DNA from: Vitrella brassicaformis CCMP3155
Lineage: Eukaryota > Protista > Chromerida
Direction of reading: 5' to 3'
DNA length: 64,000 nt
Assembly: GCA_001179505.1 (NCBI GenBank)
Contig: CDMY01000224.1
Coordinates: 62,001-126,000 of the forward strand
How positions within the stretch are numbered: position 1 is the stretch's first letter; each line of letters opens with the position of its first letter. Below, in pieces: positions 43,301 through 56,164 of this stretch. The notes beneath the pieces are model-generated. The model had not been told where the DNA came from. It saw only the letters and a list, made by a program, of their open reading frames with translations, and made no database searches. A program made the position numbers and the translations under genes.

Positions 43301-45486
43301 GGGCAAGGAGCCGCCACCGGCATCGCCTCTCGCCCTAATCTCATACCTCAACTTCATCAGGAGAAACTACGTACGTCAGTCACAACACAGCCAGCCACAG
43401 ACGGAGAGGGGGATGGGAGGAGGGACCATTGATTGTCTTGGGTGTGTGTGTGCGGTGCAGGGTGTGGAAGAGTGGCGCCGTGCCTTCTCGGAGGCGACGG
43501 AGCTGCCTTTGTCCCTGTTCTCGTGGGAGGCGGTGATCGCCCAGGCATTGCGCGAGTGGCGGATGGCTGGAGGGGAGACCACCACCCGCAGGAAGGAGGC
43601 CGTCATGGACACACTCAGGGTGGGCCGGCAGCGCTTCCGCCTCAACGGGCAGTTCATGCTGGCCTGGGCCGACCTTCTCGTCGACATGGGAGACATTGAC
43701 GGTCGGTGACTGATGTTCGTACGTACGAGTGTAGGCAGGGGATGATGAGATGCACGATGGATGATCTGATCCTGTCTGTCTGTCTGTCGTTCTGTCGTGT
43801 GTGCAGCTGCGCGCGAGGTGCTCTCGGAATCGGTGGAGGCCATTGCCAAGGAAAAGGGTCAGAGACGGACAGAGGAGAGCACCGCATGGCCATGAACCAC
43901 ATGCCATGCTCGACTCCCTCCTCCGTCCGTCCGTGTGTTCAGGTGAGTGTTGCGAGATGCTGTGGCAGCGGTGGTTGCGGCTGGAGCAGACCTACGCCAC
44001 ACGAGAGTCACTCAAGGCCACACAAAAGGCCCACACCCAGCAGCAGCAGTACGTCGCATCCCTCGCCGCCGTACCCGACGCACAACCAGCGGTCGCCACA
44101 GCGGCCGGTAAGTCATGGACCAGGGAGGTGGAAGGAAGGATGACTGACGCTCACATGATGGGTGCGTGTGTGTGTGTGTGTGCGTGTGTGTGTATGGCTT
44201 ACACACACAGAGACGGTGCCCGAGCTGCTGCATCGGTACCGTTTTCTCCAGCTGGAGCCCCGCACACTCACCACAGACGCATTCCTCACCGAGACGAAGG
44301 GACCCGCCACCCACATACACAAGCCGGACGGTCAGTCAGTCAGTCAGCAACCTGTCTCTCTTCCATTCCTGCACGTCTGTCTGTCTGTCTGTCTGTCTGT
44401 GTGTGGTGGGTGCGGTGCAGTGGGTGAAGCCGACCAGCTCGCCGGCCCCGAGCCGCGGAGCAGAAGGCGCGAGAGGGGCCCGGAGGACAGATCTGCGGCT
44501 GCCCACGGTGCGGGCCAGGTGGCCGTTGCGGGTGGCCGCATGGCCCGGCCAGACACCACCCGCATGCTCTCTTACAAACCATTCCTCTCACCCCAGGGGG
44601 CCATGCAGCAAGGTCAGGTCGGGCCGGTGGGCTCGCCTTCCTTTGTATCTCACTGGGATGGGGGCATCCATGTCTGTGTCTGTGTGTGTCGGTGGGCTGG
44701 GCAACGAACCAATCAATCAGGCGAGGGCGAGGCGGATTTCTCATCCTTTTTGCCTGCGGTGATCCCGCGTGCGCTGCAGGACCTGCAGTTCCTGCTGCCG
44801 TCGTTGGCCCCCGATGGTCTGGAGATGCAGCGGCTGCGTGCGCGGGGTTTCTCGATGGAGCTGGTGGACTACCTCCTCACCACGCTGCAGCTGCTGCCCA
44901 TCCCGCACGTCAAGCTCGACCAGTTCGGGCCGCTGCCCACTGGGGCCGGTGGTGCTGGTGGGGCTGTGCCGAGGGAGGGAGATAAGGCGGCAGTGGCTAA
45001 GGAGAGACGGGGCTCCGGTGTTACGAAGGGCGAAAAGGTGAGCGCGCCATGGATGTGATGGACCATGGATGGATCGTGTGTGCTTTGTCGTGTGTCGTCA
45101 GGTGGGTGTGGGTTATGACGCTGAGATGGCACTCAACGGCACGACGGACGTCAAGGATGAGGAGGCAGGTCAGTCACCGAGAGAGAGGGAGAGAGAGAGA
45201 GAGAGAGAGAGAGACTCAACACACCAACGCAACCCACCTGTGTGATGTCTCTCTCTGTCTTACCCCTCCCACCGATCGATGGCATCCATCCATTGCACTC
45301 TCAGACGAGGCATCCGATGAGGACGAGATGACGGCCGAGGGGCCGACCTTCTTCAGAGCCAGGGGGCCCGCAGACAAGGGCGATGCCCGACGCACTGCTG
45401 AAGACAAGAAGGCCTCGGTGGACTGGGCTGCCAGCTTATACCGACAGAGACTCGCCAGACGGATCAAGAGAGAGCCCATGGGATGA
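40335..45486 (+). CDS. CSTF3: Cleavage stimulation factor 77 kDa subunit (Rna14/Suf, HAT repeats)
   Basis: RNPYDWKAWDTLVEE...FERVLEVFPNA-VRYWLRY, ELWRAYIDFV, WEAIIAFEKDNP, AYHPDIW, ISYLNFIRR, MLWQRWLRLEQTY. Many exons. Confidence 0.9.
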
Positions 45487-45703
45487 GAGAGATGATGGAT
45501 AAGAGTGCCTGTGAGTGTATGGTTGGGTGGGTTGACTCGTGAGTGAGAGACTTGTTTGTTTCGTGACACGAGAAAGGCTTCGGATCTGATCTGCTTCAGC
45601 AAGCCACATGCATCGAATCGAAGCAAGAAATGTCGCTTGTTTAACCACACCCACCTTACCTTGCCCACCCAGGGACTCAGGGATAGGACACACGCATCGC
45701 ATT

Positions 45704-45758
45704 TCTAAGCAGCTAACCAGTTCGTCTTAAGCAGCTAACCAGTTCTTCTTAAGCAGCC
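45704..45758. repeat. 22-bp tandem repeat (about 2.5 copies)
   Basis: tctaagcagctaaccagttcg / tcttaagcagctaaccagttct / tcttaagcagcc in the spacer between two convergent genes. Confidence 0.9.
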
Positions 45759-46065
45759 GTCAGCAAAACAGCTGACTGAGAGAGGAAGAGAGGCGAGACA
45801 AGACAAGACGAGACGGCATCGGTATCGCATCTCCGATGGACAACGCCTGTCTGCCTGTCTGCCTGCCTGCCTGCCTTCCTTGGCTTCTCATCTATGTGTG
45901 CTACCTACAACTAGCCACGCCCCCCCATTATCCATCCATCCATCCATCCACCCCTCCATCTATCCCGCTAACAAGGGCAATCCGACGAGACAGACAGACG
46001 GGCACAACACAACGAGTGCCGTCCGTCCGTCCGTCTGTCTGTCCGTCTCCCTTCACGAGTCGGCC

Positions 46066-46923
46066 TCAGCCGTCATAGTCAGCGTCTCTGCTCTCATCCC
46101 CATCGCCAGCACCGCCCTCCTGCCCTCTGAAGCTAGCTTGACGATGTCGTCCCTCTGAAGCGTGACCCAATGCACCCCAGCCACCTGCTCTCCCGCCCCC
46201 GTCACGCCCGTCACGCGACGATCGCCTGGATGTGCTGCTGGTGCCGTGTGTGTGGCTCCCATGGTGGGTATTGGTGACCCTGCGACCACCGTAGGGGTGC
46301 GAGTGGGAGGATGGATGAGAGTGAGAGTGAGAGGAGCTACCACTCCCACCTCCCCCGCCCCCACTGCCACTGCCCCCACCCGGCCTGCGGTACATGTTCA
46401 TGCCCAGACTGACTGTCTCGGCCTCGGGGAGCTCGTCTTCCTCCTGCCGCTGTTGCTGTGCTGTGTCGATCAACTCCGATACCGACGCGGAGATGTCGGC
46501 CCATACGCTGGCAGACGATCCTGGTGCTGAGGCCGAGGCGGACGCAGACGCAGACACAGGCATGTTGAGGTGGTCGATGTGTCTTCTGTTGGCGGTGGTG
46601 CCGGCAGTCGATGTGGCCCGCTTGTTGTTGAGGCCACCACCGCCGGTTGGGCCGCTTCCGTAGTCCGGGGGAGGGGCGTTGATCCGCTGCAGCGGGGGCG
46701 GGGGGAAGAAGGGCGTCGGTGGCCGCTGGGCACCGGCTGCAGCCGGAGATGGCGAGGACGGCCCGGGCAGGTCACTGGCCAGTGAGAATGAGGGCGGCGA
46801 TGCGTTGGAAGAGGAGGGCACTGCAGGCCCGGCAGACTGTGTGCGGGCGGGTTGGGGTGCCGATGCAGAAGCAGGGGCAGCCGCAGGCAACAGGACCTGC
46901 TTCGCCGATGTTGATCCGGCTGT

Positions 46924-46954
<31 letters not shown>

Positions 46955-49900
46955 GCTGCTGCTACCGGAGCTGCAGCTGGCGCTGGTGCTGGTGCTCCGG
47001 CTGGTGCAGTCGTGTTGGTGTGGGTGGGTGGCGGTGGTGGTGGTGGGTTTCGAAGGAAGTTCTTGGCCCCTGGGATGGCGGCCTTGGGTCTGCCGTTGGC
47101 TGTCCCGGGTGGCTGGGACTGGGAGTACCTCTGCTGCAGCTGCTTGGCGTGTGTGCTGGTCTTGCGCTTCTTGAGGCACTCGATGATGAGCCCCTTGTCC
47201 AGCTCGCAGAAGGACGGCAAGCAGCTGATAACGTCGAAGTGCTCCGGCTCCAAAATGTACCGGAGAGCATGCTTCCTGTAGGGACACCACCGCCAACACA
47301 GACACGTGCAGCAAGAGTCTTAAGAAAGATGGTTCATTCGTGTGTGTCGGTAGGCACGCACACACCGCACCTGAGTCGGGGTGCGGCGAGTTGGTCAGCG
47401 AGGTTGAAGATGGTGGCGGCCGTGTCGGGCGTGATGCCCTCGATCAACACACGCTCGCAACGCTTCTTGAGCTCACCCACAGCCAGCCTGACATACATAG
47501 ATGGCGACACACACAAGCATTGGGCGGGCGAGTGTGCTCACGTGAGGGTGTGTGTGTGTGTGTGTGGTGACGCCCTCACCCACCCATATATATACCTATC
47601 AGCGATGGGCATGAGTGCGAGTGCGTCCTGGACCGACTCGCCCCACCGGTCAGTGTAGAGGAACGCCAGCAGAGACGACATCTGCGACCCCGATATGTCC
47701 TGCGGGCCGTGCCGTGCAGCCACACATAACATACATACGTAGCCAGACCCACGTTTGTTGCGTTGTGTGTGCTGTGCTTACAGGCAAGTCCCACTGCCTC
47801 TGGTGTCTCTCGCGGAAGTCGCCGCCGATGAGCGCCATGAAGTACGCTGAACGGCTCGCGAGGATGCACCGGTGAGCTAGGAACACCTGACAAACGAACG
47901 ACAAACAGCGGGATCTCGACAGCGAGAGGGCTCCCTCCCCCCGGTGCAGGCAGCTCTTCCTTCGCTTTTCCTACCTACCTCGTCGGCTGTGACAATCTCT
48001 ACGTCAGCCGTTTCGTCTCCCCCCAGCAGCCACCCCAGGGCTCCCTCCAGCCCCATCGAAGACGACCAGTATTCCCGCACGTCCTCCTCATCCTCATCTA
48101 CACCCAAAGGCACCGGAGCCGGCGCCGACTGCGGTACATACCACTTTCCACCCCCACTCCGGGCTCCGCTCTTCCCGCCCAACGCGCCGCCGCTCTCCTT
48201 CATCTCCTTCTTCTCCTTCACCTCTTCCTGCTGCTGCTGCTGCTCCTGCTGCTCCTGCTGCTGCTGGTCGTTGGCGAACGACAGGCGGAGAGGGATGCCC
48301 TTCCGCAGAGTGGTCCGGTAGGTCTCGCTGTCCAGGACCAATGCCATGCCGTCCGGCAGGAAGACCACACCCCACTGGCCGTCACTGTCAGATGGGCTTC
48401 CATGCGGAGGCGATGGCGATGGCGATGGCGATGGCGACGGCGACGGAAAAGGGGAGGGGTCAGTCGGCAGCAGGGGCGAGCAGGGGACTAGTGGGGATGA
48501 ATCGACCGCTGCAGCAGCAGCAGCTGCTGCAGCTGCGGCTGCCTTTCTGAGGCCGACGGTGTCTCGCTGCTCCCTCTCCTCCTCCTGCTGCGCCAGCAGG
48601 CCCGACGAACCGATTGCCAGACCGCCCAGTCTACCCACACCGAAGTCGGGCTTCCTCGACACACCGTCGAACGCCGGCACCGGGAACATCGTGGGTCGCA
48701 TTGCCTCTATATCAGGACCGCCATCCCACTCCTCAGCCTCACTCTCCTCGTCCTCCTCTGTCATCGTCTCCCTGGCCTTCCGACGGAGATCGCGGGCTAT
48801 GTGGTACGCCGCAAGCGAGAAGGGCCGCCTGTGGTCGGCAGGCGAGCTGGGTGGCGCGTCAGAAGGGGAAAATGGGGCGCTGGGCGATGTCGGGTAGGAG
48901 GGGGAGTCGAGGAAGGATGTCGACAGAGCTGTGGGGTGGTGTGGGTCGGTGGATCGGTCTGCTGGGGCTGGTGGGGGGTCCCGACGCTGCCGCGATGCGC
49001 TCGACGGACGACCACGGCCTGAATGGACCACAGCAACAAAGAGAGAGCACTCATGTGGCCTGCCTTGGTGTGCATTGCATTACATGTGTGTGTCTCACTC
49101 ACTCATTTGCGTGGAGGATGTCGGGGCCTTTTCCGTCTCCTCAGGCTCCTCCTTCTCAAAGTTGTCCTTGTCCGTCAACTCGTCATCATCGGCTTCACGG
49201 GCCTCCTCCCTCTCTGAACCACCACCACCATCAGCAGCAGCAGTGCCCCCGCCCCCACTGCCGCCGTCTGCGCGTCGCGACCCTTCCTTGGTCTTGGTTC
49301 TGGTCTGCTGCGAGGGCGGCCCGAGGCTGGCGCCGAAGGGCGATGTGAGCCTGACGGTCTCCTTGACGAGCTTCTGTGTGTGTCGTTTGAGGGGTTTGAT
49401 GGCGAAGTGTCTGGCAAGGTGGTAGAGCTGCAGGATGGTCTGCATGCGGTCCGACGACATGGTCAGGGGCGGCGACTCGCTCGGCAGCCGCAGGCGGTCC
49501 AGCCGGTCCGTGTAGAGGAAGTAGAGCAGCTCCTCAAACACCTCGGGCCGCAGACCCACGAAGTCCACCACCAGACCACCACCCATCGCATCGTTGCTGC
49601 TGCTGCTGCTGATGTTGTTGTTGTTGTTGTTGTTGCCGTTGGGGCTCATGCTCATGCCGATGCCGATGTCGCCCTTGTCGTCATCCGCCACTCCGCCCTC
49701 CTCCGCCTTGTCCCTCTCCTCTTTCTTCTGTGAGGGCTGCGAGCCCCCCGAGCCGAGCCTGCTGGTGTCCCACACGCGCTGCCTCCCACTGGCACGCACC
49801 GGACGAGTGCCGAGTGGCGAGGGAGGGGGCAGGTCTGCCGCGTCGTGCTGGTAGGGGTGGGCACCGATGTGCAGAGTGGGCATGGGGGGGATCGGTGGAG

Positions 49901-52900
49901 TGCATCCCGCGGTGAGGTACTGGTAGAGGTGGGGGGCCCGTGCCTTGATGACGGACAGGTGTGCGGGGATGACTGTCGGGAGAGGTATGGGTGCGAGGGG
50001 TGAGCCTGTGGTAGTGTGTGAGGGGAAGATGCGGAAGGAGACGTCGCTGAGGGTCTCGGAGGTGAGCAGCCGGTGCATGTAGTCGGCGAGGGGCTCCTCA
50101 ACCTCCACTACCGCCAGGCAGTGCACACCGCCACAAGCTACCGACAGCACATTGCCGCCACCGAAACCTGCGCACCGCAGCTCACACCAGAGGGGAGGGA
50201 GGGAACATAACTACACACGTGGTTGAACGAATGAATGCATCGAATCAATCGGTGTGCTCGTGGGCTCGTGCGTACCGACCGTACGTACCGTCATTGATGA
50301 GTGCGGGTGTGGGGCGGTATCGGTATCCGCCTGGGTCAGTGGCGGGATCGAGAGCCTCACGGTAACCCAGCTGACCACAGGACGACGCACCCCAACTGAA
50401 ACAGACAGACAGACACGCACACGCGCGCACGGAGACCAGTTGGATGTGGTGTGCCCGTGTGCTGTGCTGTCTGAGTGTATTATTCTCAAATGCATCTGGA
50501 CAGACCTGTAGACGTCTCCGTCCTGTGTGAGGGCGACGGTGTGTCCCTCGCCGCACGCCACACTGACTATGAACTCCTCCGCCTCTACCAGCGTCTCTGA
50601 ATGAACAAATCAAGCAGCCAGCATACCCACACACACCCCCACACACCCACACCCACAAGCAAGCACTGGCTAAGGTGCCCTGCCCCCATGGGATGGATGG
50701 GTGTGGTTCATTCCCTCACCTACCTACTACAATGGGGCTGACAACGACACGAATGCCGTCACGGTCACGCTTGATGCGATCATCCTGTGACATACAGACA
50801 AACAACCCACAAGCCAACACACGCACACCATTCGTGTGTCCATCCATCGCTGGCTGTCTGCCCGTCCATCCATATATCGCTGTCCTGTCCTGTCCTGCGT
50901 ACCTACCGGTATCTCCCCCAGGCCACACTGGCCGCACGAGTCGGCCCCCCAGGCATACAGTCGGCCATTCTTGTCGACGGCCGTGGAGTGGCTATCGCCG
51001 CACTTGACCAGCACGGCGTCCACCAGGTCGACGACCAGCTGCGGCGTCGGGATGTACGGACAGCCATCCTGGTCGAGCGGCAGCCAACCCAGCGGCCCGA
51101 AGTCGCCCAGAGGGGTCTTGGTGCGCACGTCAAGCGGGTAGATCTCCTCCTCCATATCGTCGGGGTCCTCCCCATCCTCCCCGCCTCCCTCGTTGCCGTC
51201 ACTGTCAGGCGAGTCGTTGGCCTCGGCGCCAGGCGTCCATGCGGGCGCCCCTGTGTCGGACGACTGCTGGGCGGGCGGCTGCTGGCTGTTGTTGTTGTTG
51301 TTGTTATTGTTGTTGTTGCCGTATAATCGCCGTTGCCGTTTGTCGCGTCTGTTGAGGATGTCGGCCCCCACCCCAAGCTGGCCGAAGTTGCCCCCGCCGA
51401 ATGAGTACACGAGGCCCGATTTGGTCAGGACCAGCGTGTGCACGTCGCCACACGAGGCATGCAGGGCGGTCAGGCCGTCCTGCTCGTCCGCCAATGGCTG
51501 GTAGCCGCTGCCACTGCCACTGCTGCCACTGCTGCGGAAGAAGTCAATCTGCCGTGGGATGGGCTGGAAGGGGTAGCCGTCTGAATGAAAACCATGCATG
51601 CCCACCACGCACACAATACAACCATATACAGAGGTATTCAGCAAGAGGTTAACGGGGCAAGTAAGTCTGCATCGCAGACCAGACCAGACCCACCATCGTC
51701 TCGCGGGAAGGTGGTCGTCTCAGGGTGTCCAAGCTGCCCACACGCACCCGCACCCCAGCTGAAGATCGAACCTGTACACACACAAACAACAGATAAGCCA
51801 GCCGCCACACACATTTGGCGGCTTTGTGACTGATGGATGGCTCGATGCTTGGTAGCCATTTTCTGTCTGTCTGTACCTGTCTTGGTGACGGCGACGGTGT
51901 GTGCCTTGCCGCAGGCCACCTGTATGACCACTTGCGGGAAGAGGTGCTCGACGGCCCGCGGGACGGGCTGGAAGGGGCAGTTGTCCTCGTCCTTGGGCAT
52001 CTTGCCCGTCTCCGACAAACCCAGCTGACCACACCCACCACCTAGTAGACCACCACACGTCACACACAGATGTGATGATAGACACACGAATGCATTGCGC
52101 GTGCATGCGTGTGTGTGTCAATGCTGACCTCCCCAGCTATAGACGACTCCCTCCATGGTCAGCGCCACCGTGTGCGCGTCGCCGCACGCTACGAACGTCA
52201 CGAATCGGTTGAGCCGGACGAGCGTCTCGACCAGCAGAGGCCCAGGGAGGTAAGGGTACCCCTCCTGGTCTCTAGGCCTTTAAGAAGAGCCAAGTAAGCA
52301 AGCAAGGCAAACATACATAAGGCAGCTGCTCGCTACTCTGTTTGACATCTGCCGTCGTCTGTCTCTGTCTCTCCCTTTGTTTACTTACATGTTGTAGGTG
52401 TCCTCTAAGCCGAGCTGTCCACACGCACTCGCACCCCAGGTGTACAGCCGCCCGTCGCTCGTCACTGCTGCCGTGTGGCCGTCACCTCCGCTGATCTGAC
52501 GCACCACCGGCGCCGCACGGTGAGGAGGCCGACGCAACAACCACTCAGCGACCTTCTCCTCTCCGGCACCCTCCCCCTGCCCCTGTTCTTCACCCTGATT
52601 ATTGCCGTCGGTACCACCCTGCGCACTTGCCGCAGCAGCAGCAGCGGTGGCCTCGCCCTGGTCTTGCGCATGCGGGGCCTGTGCGTCGTCATTGTTGTCG
52701 TCGTCAGCGTCCTCTGTGTCTTCGTTGTTGTTGTCTTGTCTCGCGTTGTCCTGGTCGGGGACGGACGGCGGGGGGCTGTCGGGGTCGAAGTGGCGGGGGT
52801 CGACGCCGTGTGGGGTGGGCTGGAAGGGGTACCCGTCTGAACCACACACACACACACACGCGGAGGGTGTGTGCAGTCTAGGAGGACAGCTACATTGCCA

Positions 52901-53204
52901 CCGTTTCGCGCCATACCTGGGTCTCGCGCCAGCCTGACGGTGCCGTAGCCGAGCTGACCCATCTCGCCACTGCCCCTGAGCCAACGCACACACGCGCCGG
53001 CAGACACGAACGAAATGAACATGTATTCACGGTGGTTCACTCTGCATGTCTGTCTGCATGTGCCTCGTGGCGCTATCCTGCCCGCCTCGCTTTCTGCCTC
53101 TGCGCACGCTGCTGCCTTGGGGAGTGCCGTGATTCAACGTACCACGAGCAAATGACGCCGCCTCGCGGTCGCTTCCCCGCTTCATGGTAGCTGCCGCCCA
53201 GCAT
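46066..53204 (-). CDS. RCC1-repeat beta-propeller plus two BTB/POZ domains with low-complexity tail (probable Cullin-3 adaptor)
   Basis: Start MLGGSYHEAGKRPRGGVICSW|GSGEMGQLG at 53204. RCC1 repeats (ISGGDGHTAAVTSDGRLYTWGASACGQLG, VACGKAHTVAVT, CGDVHTLVLTKSGLVYSFGGGNFGQLG, CGDSHSTAVDKNGRLYAWG). BTB1 TLSDVSF...AHLSVIKARAPHL...LLYFLYTD and BTB2 ADVEIV...FLAHRCILASRSAYF...LLAFLYTD. Confidence 0.9.
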
Positions 53205-53449
53205 GCTATGCTCCCAATCGAATGGACGAGGAGTCAGTCAACAGGCAAGTGCTGTATTTGCGCCATTTCTTGCTAAGAACAGAAGAGGAACAGCGTTACG
53301 CCGACCTCTTGTCCCCTTCTGCAATCGCTTCAAGCTCGCAGACGAAACTGGCCTTCGAAGAAAAGTGCCTTCTCCGCTCCCATGCGCGTCCGCTGGTGCT
53401 GCTGAATGACATCTGCCTGGCGGGAAAGCTAAGATCTTAAAAGATCTGA
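53205..53449. promoter_or_regulatory. Candidate bidirectional promoter with AGATCT x2
   Basis: AGATCT at 53432 and 53442, immediately before the chlD ATG. Confidence 0.5.
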
Positions 53450-55883
53450 ATGTTTATTCATAGAGGAGCCGCTGCGTGCGCCGCGCTGCTTCTCGCCCTC
53501 TCCCTGCCCTTCCCACCATGTCAAGCGACCCGCCCACTGCGCCGCCAGACGTCATGCCTCGGCTTCGCCCCCTGCGTCACACCGTCTTCGCCCAGGCGCC
53601 ACCTGTCAGCATCAGTACGGCCGAGGAGGCCTCTGTTATCGATGTCGGCCACTGCCGTCATAGATGCGCCGCCAGAAGAGGCAGAGCAGAGGGCGGCGCC
53701 ACCCATCCCAGCGCGCGACAAGCCCACAGGTCTTCCCCTTTCTCTGGTGGTTGGCAATGAGCCGATCAAGATAGCCCTCCTGCTGGCGGCGGTCAACCCC
53801 CTGATGGGCGGCGTGGCTATCGGCGGCCGCCGGGGGACGGGCAAGAGCGTCATGGCCAGGGGGCTGCATCGGATCCTGCCTCCGTTGGAGGTGGTCAAGG
53901 GCAGCTCCTTCAACATCGACCCCAACAAGCCCGAGGAGGTGGATGATTTCCTCAAGGAGCAGCTGGCGGCGGAGAACAAGACGCTGGACCAGCTGGACAA
54001 GGACATCATCCCGACGCCCTTCGTGCAGGTGCCGCTTAACGTCATGGAGGACCGCCTGGTGGGCTCGGTCGACGTCGAGGAGTCGGTCAAGCAGGGCAAG
54101 CCCGTCTTCGCGCCAGGCCTGCTTGCACGCGCACATCGGGGGGTGCTCTACGTCGACGACCTCAACCTGCTCGATCCCGAGCTGGCCAACATCCTCCTGT
54201 CGGTCATCTCGGACGGCTGGGTGCAGGTGGAGCGAGAGGGCATTTCTGTGCGGTACCCGTGTCGCCCTCTGATCGTCGCGACATTCAACCCGGAAGAGTC
54301 GGAGATGCGCGAGCACCTGCTGGACCGGCTGGCTGTGAGTCTGTCGGTGGACGCCACGCCGCTGACCGACTTGGAGAGGGTGCAGGCCGTCGAGGGGGTG
54401 CTCAAGTTCGGCAACTCCAAGCACAATGAGCAGATGCTCAGGGAGGCCGAGGAGGAAGAGGACGAGCTCAGGACCAGAATCATATTCAGGTGGGTGCATT
54501 CATGACAATGACACACACATGCTGACTGACTGACCAGTCAGTCCATCGGATGGATCACTCGTGTGTCTTTGTGTCCTGTCTGTCAGTCGCGAGTACCTAA
54601 AGCGCGTCAAGTGCACTCACGACCAGATCAAGTACCTCTGCGAGGAGGCCGTCCGTGCCGGCGTGCAGGGCCAGCGCGCTGAGATCTTCGCCTGTGAGGT
54701 CGCCCGCGCATCGGCGGCCCTCGACAACCGCGACAGCGTCACATCCGATGACCTCAAGCTCGCCGTCAAGCTGGTCATCGCCCCTCGTGGCGTGTTCCTG
54801 CAGCAGCCGGAGAACATGATGCAGCCGCCGCCCCCTCCGCCCCCGCCCCCCCAGCAGGACACGTCTGATGAGGACACCGAGGAGGACAAGAAGGAGGACG
54901 AGAAGGACGAGGATGAGAAGGAGGAGGACCAGATGCCCGAGATCCCGCAGGAGTTCATGTTTGACGCAGAGGGGACGCCCATTGACGAGGAGCTCATCAA
55001 CTTCGTCACCAAGCAGCAGAAGGGCAAGAGCGGCGGCAGGGGGCTCATCTTCAGCCAGGACAGGGGCAGGTACATCAAACCCATGTTCCCAAAGGGCAAG
55101 GTCAGGCGGCTCGCTGTCGACGCGACCATGCGGGCGGCCGCCCCCTACCAGCGGCCGAGGCGGCAGCGGGCTCTGAAGGACGACAAGAAGCGCTTCACCA
55201 GCAGCGGCAGGGAGAGGAAGGTCTTCATCGAGGAGGCTGACGTGAGGGTCAAGCGCATGGCCAGGAAGGCCGGCGCGCTCATCGTCTTTGTCGTCGACGC
55301 GAGCGGCTCCATGGCCCTCAACCGCATGAACGCAGCCAAGGGCGCGGCCATCTCTCTATTGTCCAAGGCGTATGAGAGCCGCGACAAGATCTCCCTCATC
55401 ACGTTCCAGGGCACCGACGCAGAGGTGCTGCTGCCGCCGACCCGGTCGATCGCCATGGCCAAGCGGCGGCTGGAGACGATGCCGTGTGGTGGCGGCTCCC
55501 CGCTGGCGCACGCCATCAACGTGGCCGTCAAGACGGGCATCAACGCGCAGAAGAGTGGCGACGTGGGCAAGGTGGTGATAGTGTGCATCAGCGACGGGCG
55601 GGCCAACGTGGGTCTCAACGAGAGTGTGGAGAAGGGGAGGGTCACTGAGAGCGAGAAGCTGGACAAGGAGGCTATGAAGGCCGAGGTGCTCGACACAGCC
55701 AGGGCGCTGCAGGGGCTGCCCAACTTCCACCTGGTGATGCTCGACATGGAGAACAAGTTTGTGTCGACGGGGCTGGCCAAGGAGGTGGCCGAGGCGGCGG
55801 GGGGGAGGTACTACCAGGTGCCCAAGGCAACGGAGCGCTCTGTTACCGATGTCGCCGTCGGCGCACTGGCTATGGCCAGGTGA
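53450..55883 (+). CDS. chlD: Magnesium chelatase subunit D, nucleus-encoded with bipartite plastid targeting
   Basis: Exons 53450-54489 and 54587-55883. AAA+ (GRRGTGKS, LYVDDLNLL), Pro/acidic linker and vWA (FVVDASGSMALNRM) domains. A signal peptide is followed by an S/R/P-rich transit peptide containing LGFAP. Confidence 0.98.
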
Positions 55884-56164
55884 TCGATGGCTGGCCGAAT
55901 GGATGAGGGCATGCTTGGGTGAGGGGCAACCATCTGGCAATGCAGAAGGTGTGGGACGGTGCTATAATTGCGTTGCGTGTGTGCATGGTCATGTGTATGT
56001 ATGTATTTTTGATGGATGATACATGCATGATCGATTGTGCCTGCCGACGTGTCGAAGATTGTTGTGTGGCTGTCTATTGATAAGGATTCCATGAATGAGG
56101 GTTGGTCGATATCCCATGCAAACAGCGGAAAGAAAGTTCCATACGCAACCCATTTGCGAAGCTT

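Noticed and set aside
53521-55940. Minus-strand ORFs over chlD
   Set aside because: Antisense shadows of the chlD coding sequence.
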